Position numbers and translations under genes: made by a program. The notes under the pieces are model-generated. The model was given only the letters and a program-made list of their open reading frames with translations, was not told the origin of the DNA and searched no databases. This document shows, piece after piece, positions 44,261-55,344 of a DNA stretch of 64,000 nt; position 1 is the stretch's first letter, and the number at the start of each line of letters is the position of its first letter. This DNA comes from an uncultured delta proteobacterium (GTDB lineage: Bacteria > Desulfobacterota > Desulfobacteria > Desulfobacterales > Desulfatirhabdiaceae), in contig CAWBKP010000019.1 of assembly GCA_963789395.1 (NCBI GenBank), positions 137,245-201,244 on the forward strand. The letters run 5' to 3'.

Positions 44261-45379
44261 ATGAATGTCCTTATCACCGGCGGGGCCGGTTTCATCGGAT
44301 CGCACACGGCTGACGCCCTGATCGCCAGAGGCCATCGGGTGCGGATACTGGATAACCTTCAGCCGACGGTTCACCCGAAGGGAAAGCCCGGTTATCTTCA
44401 TCCGGAGGCTGAATTTATCCAGGGGGACGTCTGTGACAGAAAGACCCTTTTACATGCGCTGGAAGATGTCCATGCCATCTATCATTTTGCAGCCTACCAG
44501 GATTATCTCCCGGATTTTTCGACGTTTTTCAGGGTCAATGCCGTCTCCACCGCGCTGATGTATGAGCTTCTGGTTGAAACCGGAATGCACTCTCGCATTC
44601 AGAAGGTGATTGTGGCTGCAAGCCAGGCCGTGATGGGAGAAGGTCGATACCGGTGTCCCTCCTGCCTGACCGATGTGTTTCCCAGTATTCGCCTGGACGG
44701 GCAGTTGTCTCAGGGAAAGTGGGACCACCTGTGCCCGGAATGCAGCCGGCCGCTGGCGTGGATGCCTTCGGATGAATCCGTGATTCATCCATGTAACCCG
44801 TATGCGATTTCAAAAAATTCACAGGAACAGATCGCCATCCATCTGGGGTCTCGCTACGAAATTCCATCGGTTGTGATGCGCTATTCCATTGTTCAGGGAC
44901 CGCGCCAGTCTTTTTACAATGCATATTCCGGCGCCATGAGAATATTTTCCCTCAGCCTGATGATGGGCAAACAGCCGATTATTTTTGAAGACGGCATGCA
45001 GGTCCGGGATTTTGTCAATATCCGGGATGTGGTTGCGGCAAATCTTCTGGTGCTTGAAAGCAGCCGGGCCGATTACCAGGTGTTTAATGTCGGCGGCAAT
45101 CAGGCCTGGACGGTTCTGGATTTTTACAATACCATGCAGCGCATTGTGAATCGGGAGTGTTCCCCGGTTTTATCCGGATACTACCGCTATGGAGATACCC
45201 GCCATATTTTCTCAGACACGCAAAAACTCCAGGCTTTGGGATGGAAACCTGTTCATCAGGTTGAAGACAGCATTCGTGATTACTGGGCGTATCTTCTGCT
45301 GCAGGACAATAAGGGGGATATCCTGGAGTATGCTGAAAAGCACATGAAGCACCTGCAGGTTATCCGCAAGGCGATGTAA
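44261..45379 (+). CDS. NAD-dependent epimerase/dehydratase (extended SDR) with CxxC...CxxC insert
   Basis: TGGAGFIG, YAISK (YxxxK), FEDG.Q.RDFV; CPSC and CPEC. Confidence 0.88.
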   Translation: MNVLITGGAGFIGSHTADALIARGHRVRILDNLQPTVHPKGKPGYLHPEAEFIQGDVCDRKTLLHALEDVHAIYHFAAYQDYLPDFSTFFRVNAVSTALMYELLVETGMHSRIQKVIVAASQAVMGEGRYRCPSCLTDVFPSIRLDGQLSQGKWDHLCPECSRPLAWMPSDESVIHPCNPYAISKNSQEQIAIHLGSRYEIPSVVMRYSIVQGPRQSFYNAYSGAMRIFSLSLMMGKQPIIFEDGMQVRDFVNIRDVVAANLLVLESSRADYQVFNVGGNQAWTVLDFYNTMQRIVNRECSPVLSGYYRYGDTRHIFSDTQKLQALGWKPVHQVEDSIRDYWAYLLLQDNKGDILEYAEKHMKHLQVIRKAM

Positions 45380-45389
45380 GGGATTTGGG

Positions 45390-46109
45390 ATGAAAGCGTT
45401 TCTTCTGGCCGCAGGAAAAGGAACCCGGCTCAAACCCTATACGGATGCAATCCCCAAATGCCTGATTCCCATTCACGGGAAACCGCTCCTGGAGATTTGG
45501 CTGGATCACCTGCGTGAGCAAGATGTTCAGCACGTGCTGATCAACACCCATCATCATGCGCATCTGGTGGAGGCCTTTGTTCGAAGCTATCCCCATCGCC
45601 GCGACATGCATATCGTTCTCAGCAATGAACCGGAACTTCTGGGAAGTGCGGGAACAATCCGGCATCGCAGGGATTTTGTTGACAGCGAAGATGATTTTAT
45701 GATCTTCTATGCGGACAATCTGACCAACGTTAATCTGAAACGGTTTGCTGCGTTTCATCGGCGTTGCCGGGAAAAAAACGGAATTCTGACGATGGGACTG
45801 TTCCATTCGCCGAATCCCAGGGCTTGCGGTATTGCCGAACTGGACTCGGATCAGAAGATTGTGGCGTTTTGTGAAAAACCGGAGACACCGCAAAGCAACC
45901 TGGCAAATGCCGGCATTTACATGGCGTCACAGGAAATTTTCGCGCATTTTCCAAAAACGCCGCCAATATCCGGATCTATTCTGGATATGGGTCACCATAT
46001 TCTGCCGCTTCTGGCCGGAAGGATGTATGGATATCCGATTGCCGAATATTTGCGGGACATAGGAACCATCGAATCCTATCAGCAGGCGTTGACGGAATGG
46101 CCGCGTTAA
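45390..46109 (+). CDS. hddC: Sugar-1-phosphate nucleotidyltransferase, HddC-like
   Basis: LLAAGKGTRL.P.T..IPKCL, LLGSAG, EKP, NAGIY, DIGT; flanked by hddA and gmhA. Confidence 0.72.
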   Translation: MKAFLLAAGKGTRLKPYTDAIPKCLIPIHGKPLLEIWLDHLREQDVQHVLINTHHHAHLVEAFVRSYPHRRDMHIVLSNEPELLGSAGTIRHRRDFVDSEDDFMIFYADNLTNVNLKRFAAFHRRCREKNGILTMGLFHSPNPRACGIAELDSDQKIVAFCEKPETPQSNLANAGIYMASQEIFAHFPKTPPISGSILDMGHHILPLLAGRMYGYPIAEYLRDIGTIESYQQALTEWPR

Positions 46110-46182
46110 CGAAGTTGGTGGAATGAAAAAGTCGGTGACGCGATATGAAAAATGACATGGTTTCGATAATGGAAACACCAAT

Positions 46183-46773
46183 ATGCTGAGTATCGGTAGT
46201 TTTGCAGCCAATTACCTTTCCGGAATAAAATCCCTGCTTGAGATTTTTGATATCCACAGCTTTCAGCGGATTGTTGACGCCATACTGGAAGCATACGATA
46301 CGGAAAAACGTATTTTTGTGATGGGAAATGGCGGAAGCGGGGCAACCGCATCGCATTTTACCTGTGACATCAACAAAGGCTGCTGTTTGGACCTGAACAA
46401 GAAATTCAAGATGATCTGCCTGAATGACAGCTTGCCCACCCTGCTTGCCCTTGCCAACGATGTATCCTACGATGCGGTATTTGTCGAACAGATGAAGAAT
46501 TTTTATCTTCCAGGCGATCTGGTGATCGGGATATCGGGAAGCGGCAATTCCCCCAATGTCCTTCGGGCCATTGAATATGCCAGGGCACACCAGGGGACGA
46601 CCATCGGTCTTTCAGGCTTCTCAGGCGGCCAACTGGCATCCCTTGTGGATATCGCCTGGGTTGCGCCGGTGGATGACATGCAGAAAATTGAGGATATGCA
46701 CATGATTGTGGTTCATATGGTCATGCAGGCGGTTCGAAACCAGCTGCACCCGCTAGAGGCTGTCCAGAAATGA
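46183..46773 (+). CDS. gmhA: Phosphoheptose isomerase (SIS domain)
   Basis: GNGGS.A.ASH, A.AND..YD.VF..Q, GISGSGNS.NV, Q.IED.H. Confidence 0.9.
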   Translation: MLSIGSFAANYLSGIKSLLEIFDIHSFQRIVDAILEAYDTEKRIFVMGNGGSGATASHFTCDINKGCCLDLNKKFKMICLNDSLPTLLALANDVSYDAVFVEQMKNFYLPGDLVIGISGSGNSPNVLRAIEYARAHQGTTIGLSGFSGGQLASLVDIAWVAPVDDMQKIEDMHMIVVHMVMQAVRNQLHPLEAVQK

Positions 46774-47306
46774 CGGCTGCCGGTCTTCCCAGAAATTGGT
46801 TTGCCCTGCATACGCGAAGCCGGTTCGAGAATGTGGTTCTGGATGGGCTTACCAGAAAGTCGGTCGAAGTTTTTTTGCCCAGAATCACGGTTCGAAGCAA
46901 GCGGGTTGACCGAAAAAAAATGATTCAGGTTCCCTTGTTCCCCGGGTATCTTTTTGTGAAAATCAGTCTGGATCCCTATGATCATCTTGAAGTCGTCAAG
47001 ACCGTTGGCGTGGTTACGCTTATAGGTAATGTTCAGGGGCCGGTGCCGATCTCCAGCGAATCCATCGAATCACTGAAAATCATGGTTCAGAGCAGCCAGG
47101 AAATTTTGACCGGATCGCTATTTCAAAAAGGGGACCCGGTCATGGTTGTCAGGGGTCCTTTTGCGGGCATCACGGGCGTGTTTGTCCGATATCGCGGCAG
47201 GGGAAGGGTTATGGTGAACATTGAGGCCCTTGGGCAATATGCTGCAGTGGATGTCGGCGAGGAGGATATCGAGCTGATTCGGGATAATCTTTTGATAACC
47301 GCTTGA
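46770..47306 (+). CDS. Specialised NusG paralog (UpxY/RfaH-like transcription antiterminator)
   Basis: NGN domain (WFALHTRSRFE, EVFLP, PLFPGYLFV) and KOW domain (GD.V.V..GPFAG..G). Confidence 0.88.
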   Translation: MTAAGLPRNWFALHTRSRFENVVLDGLTRKSVEVFLPRITVRSKRVDRKKMIQVPLFPGYLFVKISLDPYDHLEVVKTVGVVTLIGNVQGPVPISSESIESLKIMVQSSQEILTGSLFQKGDPVMVVRGPFAGITGVFVRYRGRGRVMVNIEALGQYAAVDVGEEDIELIRDNLLITA

Positions 47307-47377
47307 CTTGTTATATCAATATGTTTTATAAATCTAATAGGATACCGTTTGATTGACTGAGCACTCAAGGAGGGGCG

Positions 47378-47653
47378 ATGAATAAACTGGAATTAATATC
47401 CGCGCTGAAAGCCCGGACAGATATTTCAAAATCAGAAGCTGCAAGAGTTGTCGAGGTGTTTTTCGACAATATGGCGGATACCCTTGCAGCTGGAGATCGG
47501 GTGGAGATTCGCGGACTGTGCAGCTTTTATGTCAAAGTCTATAAAAGCTATACGGGCAGAAATCCCAAAACCGGTGAAAAAGTGGTGATCAAGCCCAAAA
47601 AACTGCCATTTTTCAAATCCGGAAAAGAGCTGAAGGAACGGGTGAATTATTAG
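47378..47653 (+). CDS. ihfB: Integration host factor / HU family DNA-binding protein (IHF-beta-like)
   Basis: MNK.ELI, RVEIRG..SF, GRNPKTGE.V, PFFK.GKELKERV; AGGAGG SD. Confidence 0.85.
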   Translation: MNKLELISALKARTDISKSEAARVVEVFFDNMADTLAAGDRVEIRGLCSFYVKVYKSYTGRNPKTGEKVVIKPKKLPFFKSGKELKERVNY

Positions 47654-47657
47654 ATTT

Positions 47658-48697
47658 TCGTCCGGATTCGAAGCTATCGCCGGTCAAGCCTCCGCGGTCA
47701 GGTCATTGCTGCAGATCCTCAAGTGTGGAAGGCTTCCGCACGCGCTGTTGTTTACAGGCATTGACGGGGTTGGCAAACGTAGCCGCCGCAGTCCGGCTGG
47801 CCATGGCTGCCAACTGCGTGGATTATCTTGCCCGGCTGCGGCCGGATGAAAAAGCCGAGTATGCCGGATAAGTCCTTCATGCCTCCCTGCGGGCAGTGCA
47901 ATCCGTGTTTACGAATCGCAGCAGGAACCCATCCGGACATTGCTTTGATCCAGCCCGAAGGCGGCGTGATCAAAATCGCTCAGGTCCGCAATCTGTGCCA
48001 AACGCTGTCGATGAAGCCCTTTGAAGGGGAAATGCGGGTTGCCATTCTCACAGATGCCCATTTGATGAACCCCTCAGCCGGCAATGCACTGCTGAAGATA
48101 CTGGAGGAACCGCCGGAGCAGACGCTTTTAATCCTTACGGCCGGACAGGCCGCCGATCTTCTGCCGACAATTGTTTCCCGTTGCCAGCATGTCCGGTTCA
48201 ATCCGGTTTCCCGCACAGCCCTATCCGAGTCATTGATCCAGGATCACGGGTTCGGCACTGACGAGGCGTCAACGCTCGCTGCCCTTGCAGGAGGCAGTTT
48301 TTCAAGGGCACTGGCAATGAAACATTCCGCCTGGATGGGCCGAAGAGACTGGCTGATCACTGAACTTGACCGATTGGGCGCAAGCCCCCTTCATGTTGTG
48401 CTGGCGCTGTCCGAGAAACTTTCCAGGAATCGTGACGCGCTCTCTGATGTTTTTGAGATCATGCTATCCTGGTTCAGAGATCTTCTGATGGTTACCCGTG
48501 ATCCTGCCAAAGTTATCAACCTGGATTGCCTGGATCTTGTTCGGAAGGCATCCCGGCGGTATCCGCCGGAAAGATTGATTCGCAGTGTCAATGCGATTAT
48601 AACCGCTCAATCCCATGTTGAGGCAAGAACGAATGTCCGCCTGTCCATGGATCACCTGCTGCTGTTGATCCGCCAGCAGCTTTCGGCTTTCCAATAA
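47658..48697 (+). CDS. holB: DNA polymerase III delta' subunit; two 5' frameshifts (~47780, ~47865), start codon not resolved
   Basis: IAGQ...LPHALLFTG.DGVGK upstream of the listed ORF; CGQC.PC, HPD, NALLKILEEPP, LLPTIVSRC. Confidence 0.88.
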
Positions 48698-48727
48698 CTC
48701 CAAACAGAACTGTTTATCGACGATATC

Positions 48728-49549
48728 ATGGGAAAAAAAGTAGGCATTCGATTCAAACCCGCAGGAAAAGTATATGATTTTGATCCCGGAGCCTTTGTTC
48801 TGCGGCAGGGCGATTCCGTCATTGTTGAGACCAAGCAGGGACAGTGTCTGGGAACAGTGGCTGTTCCGCCTGCCGTAGTCACCGGTCCGTCGGAAGGCCA
48901 GATGCTGAAAAAAGTATTTCGAATGGCCACTGATGACGATTTGTTGCAAGTTGCGCATAACGTTGAAACTGAAAAAAAAGCCCTGGCCTATTGCCAGATC
49001 TGCATTAAAAGGCTGGGGCTGAGCATGAATCTCTTTGCTGTTGAAAATGCATTTGATGGCAGTAAACTGACGTTTTTCTTTACTTCGGAGAATCGCGTTG
49101 ACTTCAGGCAGCTTGTCAAAATGCTGGTAAAGGAGCTGGGCGTCCGGATTGAAATGCGCCAGGTCGGCATTCGTAACCAGGCCAAGTTGTGCGGGGGAAT
49201 CGGCAGGTGTGGCCGTGAAATCTGCTGCTCGACATTTCTGGATAAATTCGGGCCGGTCTCCATCCGCATGGCCAAGGAACAATGCCTTTCGCTGAATCCT
49301 ACCAAAATATCCGGCCAGTGCGGCAGGCTGATGTGTTGTCTGACGTATGAATATGAAACCTACCGGGCGCTTCGTTCCGAACTGCCGAAAATCGGAAAGA
49401 CAGTCACAACGCAAAAAGGGGCTGCGAAAGTCATTCGGCACAACCCGATCTGCTATCGTATCGCTGTTCGGCTGGAAGATGGAACCGAGATTGAAATCGG
49501 TCCGGATGAAATTGTTATTGAAAGTAAAGAGGAACGTGCTGATGTGTAA
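48728..49549 (+). CDS. ricT: PSP1-domain protein (RicT/YaaT family)
   Basis: RVDFRQLVK, RIEMRQVG.R, CGREICC, SIRMAKEQ.LSLNP.KISG.CGRLMCCL.YE. Confidence 0.92.
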   Translation: MGKKVGIRFKPAGKVYDFDPGAFVLRQGDSVIVETKQGQCLGTVAVPPAVVTGPSEGQMLKKVFRMATDDDLLQVAHNVETEKKALAYCQICIKRLGLSMNLFAVENAFDGSKLTFFFTSENRVDFRQLVKMLVKELGVRIEMRQVGIRNQAKLCGGIGRCGREICCSTFLDKFGPVSIRMAKEQCLSLNPTKISGQCGRLMCCLTYEYETYRALRSELPKIGKTVTTQKGAAKVIRHNPICYRIAVRLEDGTEIEIGPDEIVIESKEERADV

Positions 49550-51464
49550 TCCATTCTTCGTTACCACCCCGATCTATTATGTGAATGCCAGGCCCCATCT
49601 CGGGCATGCCTATACAACCCTTGTTGCGGATGTCGCCACCCGCTTTAACCGGATGCTGGATAACGAAGTCTTCTTTCTGACCGGGACCGACGAACACGGG
49701 GATAAAATTGTCCGGGCCGCAAAAAAAGAAAATCTGAGCCCCCGGGTTTATGCTGACGGCATCAGTGAGCTTTTCCGGCAATTGTGGCCTCAGCTCAATA
49801 TCGATTATTCGGCGTTTATTCGAACCACGGACCCGGCGCATATTGCAGTCGTCAAACAGGTGCTTCAAAAAATATACGATGCCGGCGATATTTACTTCAG
49901 CGAGTATGAAGGCCTGTACTGTTTTGGTTGCGAGCGGTTTTACGTCGATCGCGAGCTGGTGGACGGAAAATGCCCGGATCATGAAATGCCTCCGGAAATC
50001 ATTAAAGAGTCCAATTATTTTTTCCGGATGAGTCGATATCAGGACTGGCTGATTGAAACCATTGAAACACATCAGGATTTCATCCGGCCGGAGCGATACC
50101 GTAATGAAGTTCTTTCGTTTTTAAAAGAACCCCTGGAAGATCTCTGCATCTCAAGGCCGAAGAGCCGGTTGCAATGGGGGATTTCCCTGCCCTTTGATGA
50201 TAACTACGTCACCTATGTCTGGTTTGATGCGCTGCTGAATTATGTTTCGGCCCTGGGCTATCCGGAAGGAGCGTTGTTCAAGAAGTTCTGGCCTCATGCC
50301 CAGCATATTGTGGCAAAGGATATTTTAAAACCTCACGGCATCTACTGGCCCATCATGTTGAAGGCAGCCGGCATCCCTGTTTTTAAGCATTTGAATGTCC
50401 ATGGATATTGGAATGTGGATCAGAGCAAAATGTCCAAGAGTCTGGGAAACGTGATTGAGCCGCTTGAGTTGAAAAACGTTTACGGACTGGATGCTTTCAG
50501 GTATTTTCTCATGCGGGAAATGGCTTTTGGTCTGGATTCCGGGTTCAGTGAAGCGGCGCTGGTAGGAAGAATCAATGCGGATCTGGCCAATGATCTGGGA
50601 AATCTATTCTCACGGGTGACGGCCATGGCGCATAAATATTTCAAGGGCGTTGTTCCGGCGCCAGACCCTAACGTAGATCCCCTTCTGACGCAGGGGCTTC
50701 AGTCCGATGCAGCCGATGCGGTTCGTGAATTTGAATCCGGCATGTCCGAGTTTATGTTTCATAAGGCATTGATGGGGATCTGGGAATTCATCAGCCAGAT
50801 GAACAAATATATCGATGTGACGGCTCCCTGGGTATTGGCCAAATCCAAATCCGCCGGCAGGGAGCTTGAAACGGTTATCTACAATCTGCTTGAGGGGCTT
50901 CGCATCATATCCGGTCTGATATTTCCGATCATGCCGGAAACCGCGGCTTCCATGCAGCGACATCTCGGGCAGGCGCCCGGAAACACTTTCTACCGCATGG
51001 CGGTTCTTTCCAAATGGGGCGGACTGGTTTCCGGTACGGTGATTCCCAAATCCATCCCCCTCTTTCCCCGAATTGATGTCAAAAACAAGGAGAACGAAAC
51101 TGCTGAAGCAGATTCGCTGATGCCGGATCGACCGGTTTTTAAACCTGAAATCAGCCTGGAGGAGTTTAAAAAGGTGGATCTTCGCGTCGGCCGCGTCATC
51201 AGTGCCGAAGCAGTTCCCAAAGCAAAAAAACTCCTCAAACTCGAAGTTGATCTGGGTGAAAACCGGACAATTGTGGCGGGTATTGCCGGATCGTATGCTC
51301 CGGAAAGTCTTGTGGGCAAGCAGGTGATTGTGCTGGCAAATCTCCAGCCTGCAAAACTGATGGGCATTTTGTCTCAGGGAATGCTCCTTGCCGCGGTGGA
51401 TGACAACCGCTGCACCATAGCCACGCTGGATGGTACTGTCAAGCCGGGGACGGCGCTGTCGTGA
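49542..51464 (+). CDS. metG: Methionine--tRNA ligase with C-terminal tRNA-binding domain
   Basis: TTPIYYVN..PHLGH, GTDEHG.K, YVWFDAL, KMSKS, C-terminal VDLRVG...S.GMLL. Confidence 0.97.
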   Translation: MCNPFFVTTPIYYVNARPHLGHAYTTLVADVATRFNRMLDNEVFFLTGTDEHGDKIVRAAKKENLSPRVYADGISELFRQLWPQLNIDYSAFIRTTDPAHIAVVKQVLQKIYDAGDIYFSEYEGLYCFGCERFYVDRELVDGKCPDHEMPPEIIKESNYFFRMSRYQDWLIETIETHQDFIRPERYRNEVLSFLKEPLEDLCISRPKSRLQWGISLPFDDNYVTYVWFDALLNYVSALGYPEGALFKKFWPHAQHIVAKDILKPHGIYWPIMLKAAGIPVFKHLNVHGYWNVDQSKMSKSLGNVIEPLELKNVYGLDAFRYFLMREMAFGLDSGFSEAALVGRINADLANDLGNLFSRVTAMAHKYFKGVVPAPDPNVDPLLTQGLQSDAADAVREFESGMSEFMFHKALMGIWEFISQMNKYIDVTAPWVLAKSKSAGRELETVIYNLLEGLRIISGLIFPIMPETAASMQRHLGQAPGNTFYRMAVLSKWGGLVSGTVIPKSIPLFPRIDVKNKENETAEADSLMPDRPVFKPEISLEEFKKVDLRVGRVISAEAVPKAKKLLKLEVDLGENRTIVAGIAGSYAPESLVGKQVIVLANLQPAKLMGILSQGMLLAAVDDNRCTIATLDGTVKPGTALS

Positions 51465-51559
51465 TGACAGAGATCCCACTGAAACCTAAAGGAAATGACT
51501 TGCGGGAAACGGCTGAAGCTTTCCCTTGTTGTTTTTAAAGCCGCATCACCGAGGAAGGA

Positions 51560-52954
51560 ATGAACAATAGATTTTCAATAGGCGAAGCTGGTGTTCGAGT
51601 GGATTGGTGTGATTATCAGGTGCGATTAAACCGGATTGCCGCTGCCAGGCGGCGAACCAGGCGGATGTACCGGATTGCCGCCGTATTGACGCTGTTGATC
51701 GTTATCGGATTTTGGAGTCTGGAAGGCTCAAACGGATTATCCAGCGTTTTCAGCCATCGTCGGGTGCCGGAGAAGACTCCGGTGGCGGTACCCGCCGTGC
51801 CCAAAATTCAAAAACTGCATGACAAGAAGGAAGTTCAGGCGTTTTTAAACGGAAACACATTTGTCAATCTGGCACAGAAAAGTTTTGATTCTCATATGGA
51901 CGGTCGTACCTATCGCGTAGTGACGACACTGGATATGCCCCTTCAGCAGTTCATGGTAAAGAATCTGAATACCGCGAACGCCCGCCATATCGGCATCGTG
52001 GCCATTGAGCCTTCAACCGGCAGAATCCTGTCCATGGTCGGGTTTGACCGGCTCAAACCCGCGAATAATCCCTGCCTGGACAGTATTTTTCCGGCAGCCA
52101 GCATATTTAAAATCATTACAGCCGCCGCCGCTGTTGAAAAAATCGGGCTGAATCAAGGCTCATCGCTTTCCTACACTGGCGGCAAACATACGCTCTACAA
52201 ATCCCAGTTAACCGATAAATATACAAAATACACCCAAAACATCACGCTAAAGGATTCTTTTGCCCAATCGGTAAATCCGGTTTTTGGAAAAATCGGTTCC
52301 CATCTGCTTGGAAAAACGGCCATCGAACAATACGCATCCGCCTTTGGATTCAATCATTCCATTGATTTTGAGGCGCCAATCGACTCCAGTAAACTATCCG
52401 TTGATGACGTGCCCTATCAGTTGGCTGAAATCGCCAGCGGCTACAACCGCACCACCCTGATATCGCCCCTTCACGGTGCGCTCATCGGCGCCGCCATCCT
52501 GAATCATGGGGTCATGATTGAACCCACCATGATTGACCATATCACGGATCAAAGCGGTCAAGTAATCTATCAAAGCCAAATCGAGCCGATGAAACAGGTT
52601 ATTTCGGCAAAATCCTCGGACATCATGACCAGCATGATGGAAGCCACCGTGAATTCCGGAACCGGACGAAAAGCGTTCAAGGGATATCAGAAAGACAGCA
52701 TTTTGTCCCGGCTGGATATTGGCGGGAAAACCGGGTCCATGGACAGCCAGTCGCATGATGCGCATTATGACTGGTTCGTTGGATTTGCCGAAGATCCGGC
52801 CAGCGGGAAAAAAGTGGTGGTTTCCGTGGTTGTGGCTCACGAAAAGTACATTGGCACCCGCTCCGGTTATTATGCCCGGATTTTGATGAAAGAGTATTTT
52901 TCGAATTTTTTTGCCGCTGCCGGGCATAAGTCGAAGCAGAAGGATAGCAGTTGA
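51560..52954 (+). CDS. Penicillin-binding transpeptidase-domain protein
   Basis: N-terminal TM; SIFK (SxxK), SVN (SxN), KTG; WFVGFA. Confidence 0.88.
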   Translation: MNNRFSIGEAGVRVDWCDYQVRLNRIAAARRRTRRMYRIAAVLTLLIVIGFWSLEGSNGLSSVFSHRRVPEKTPVAVPAVPKIQKLHDKKEVQAFLNGNTFVNLAQKSFDSHMDGRTYRVVTTLDMPLQQFMVKNLNTANARHIGIVAIEPSTGRILSMVGFDRLKPANNPCLDSIFPAASIFKIITAAAAVEKIGLNQGSSLSYTGGKHTLYKSQLTDKYTKYTQNITLKDSFAQSVNPVFGKIGSHLLGKTAIEQYASAFGFNHSIDFEAPIDSSKLSVDDVPYQLAEIASGYNRTTLISPLHGALIGAAILNHGVMIEPTMIDHITDQSGQVIYQSQIEPMKQVISAKSSDIMTSMMEATVNSGTGRKAFKGYQKDSILSRLDIGGKTGSMDSQSHDAHYDWFVGFAEDPASGKKVVVSVVVAHEKYIGTRSGYYARILMKEYFSNFFAAAGHKSKQKDSS

Positions 52955-52994
52955 AAAAGACGGCTGCTGAAATATTCATGGGAGGAGGCCTGTC

Positions 52995-55267
<2,273 letters not shown>

Positions 55268-55344
55268 GCCCATCGGTTCTGTTGATCCGGCTTGCCCGTG
55301 AACCACTGTTTATGACCGGTTAAAATGCAAATCAAAGGGGCTGC

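Noticed and set aside
38149..48697. tmk separated from holB-ricT-metG as evidence of an inserted island
   Set aside because: The intervening genes are housekeeping or envelope genes, with no integrase, flanking repeats or obvious compositional shift.
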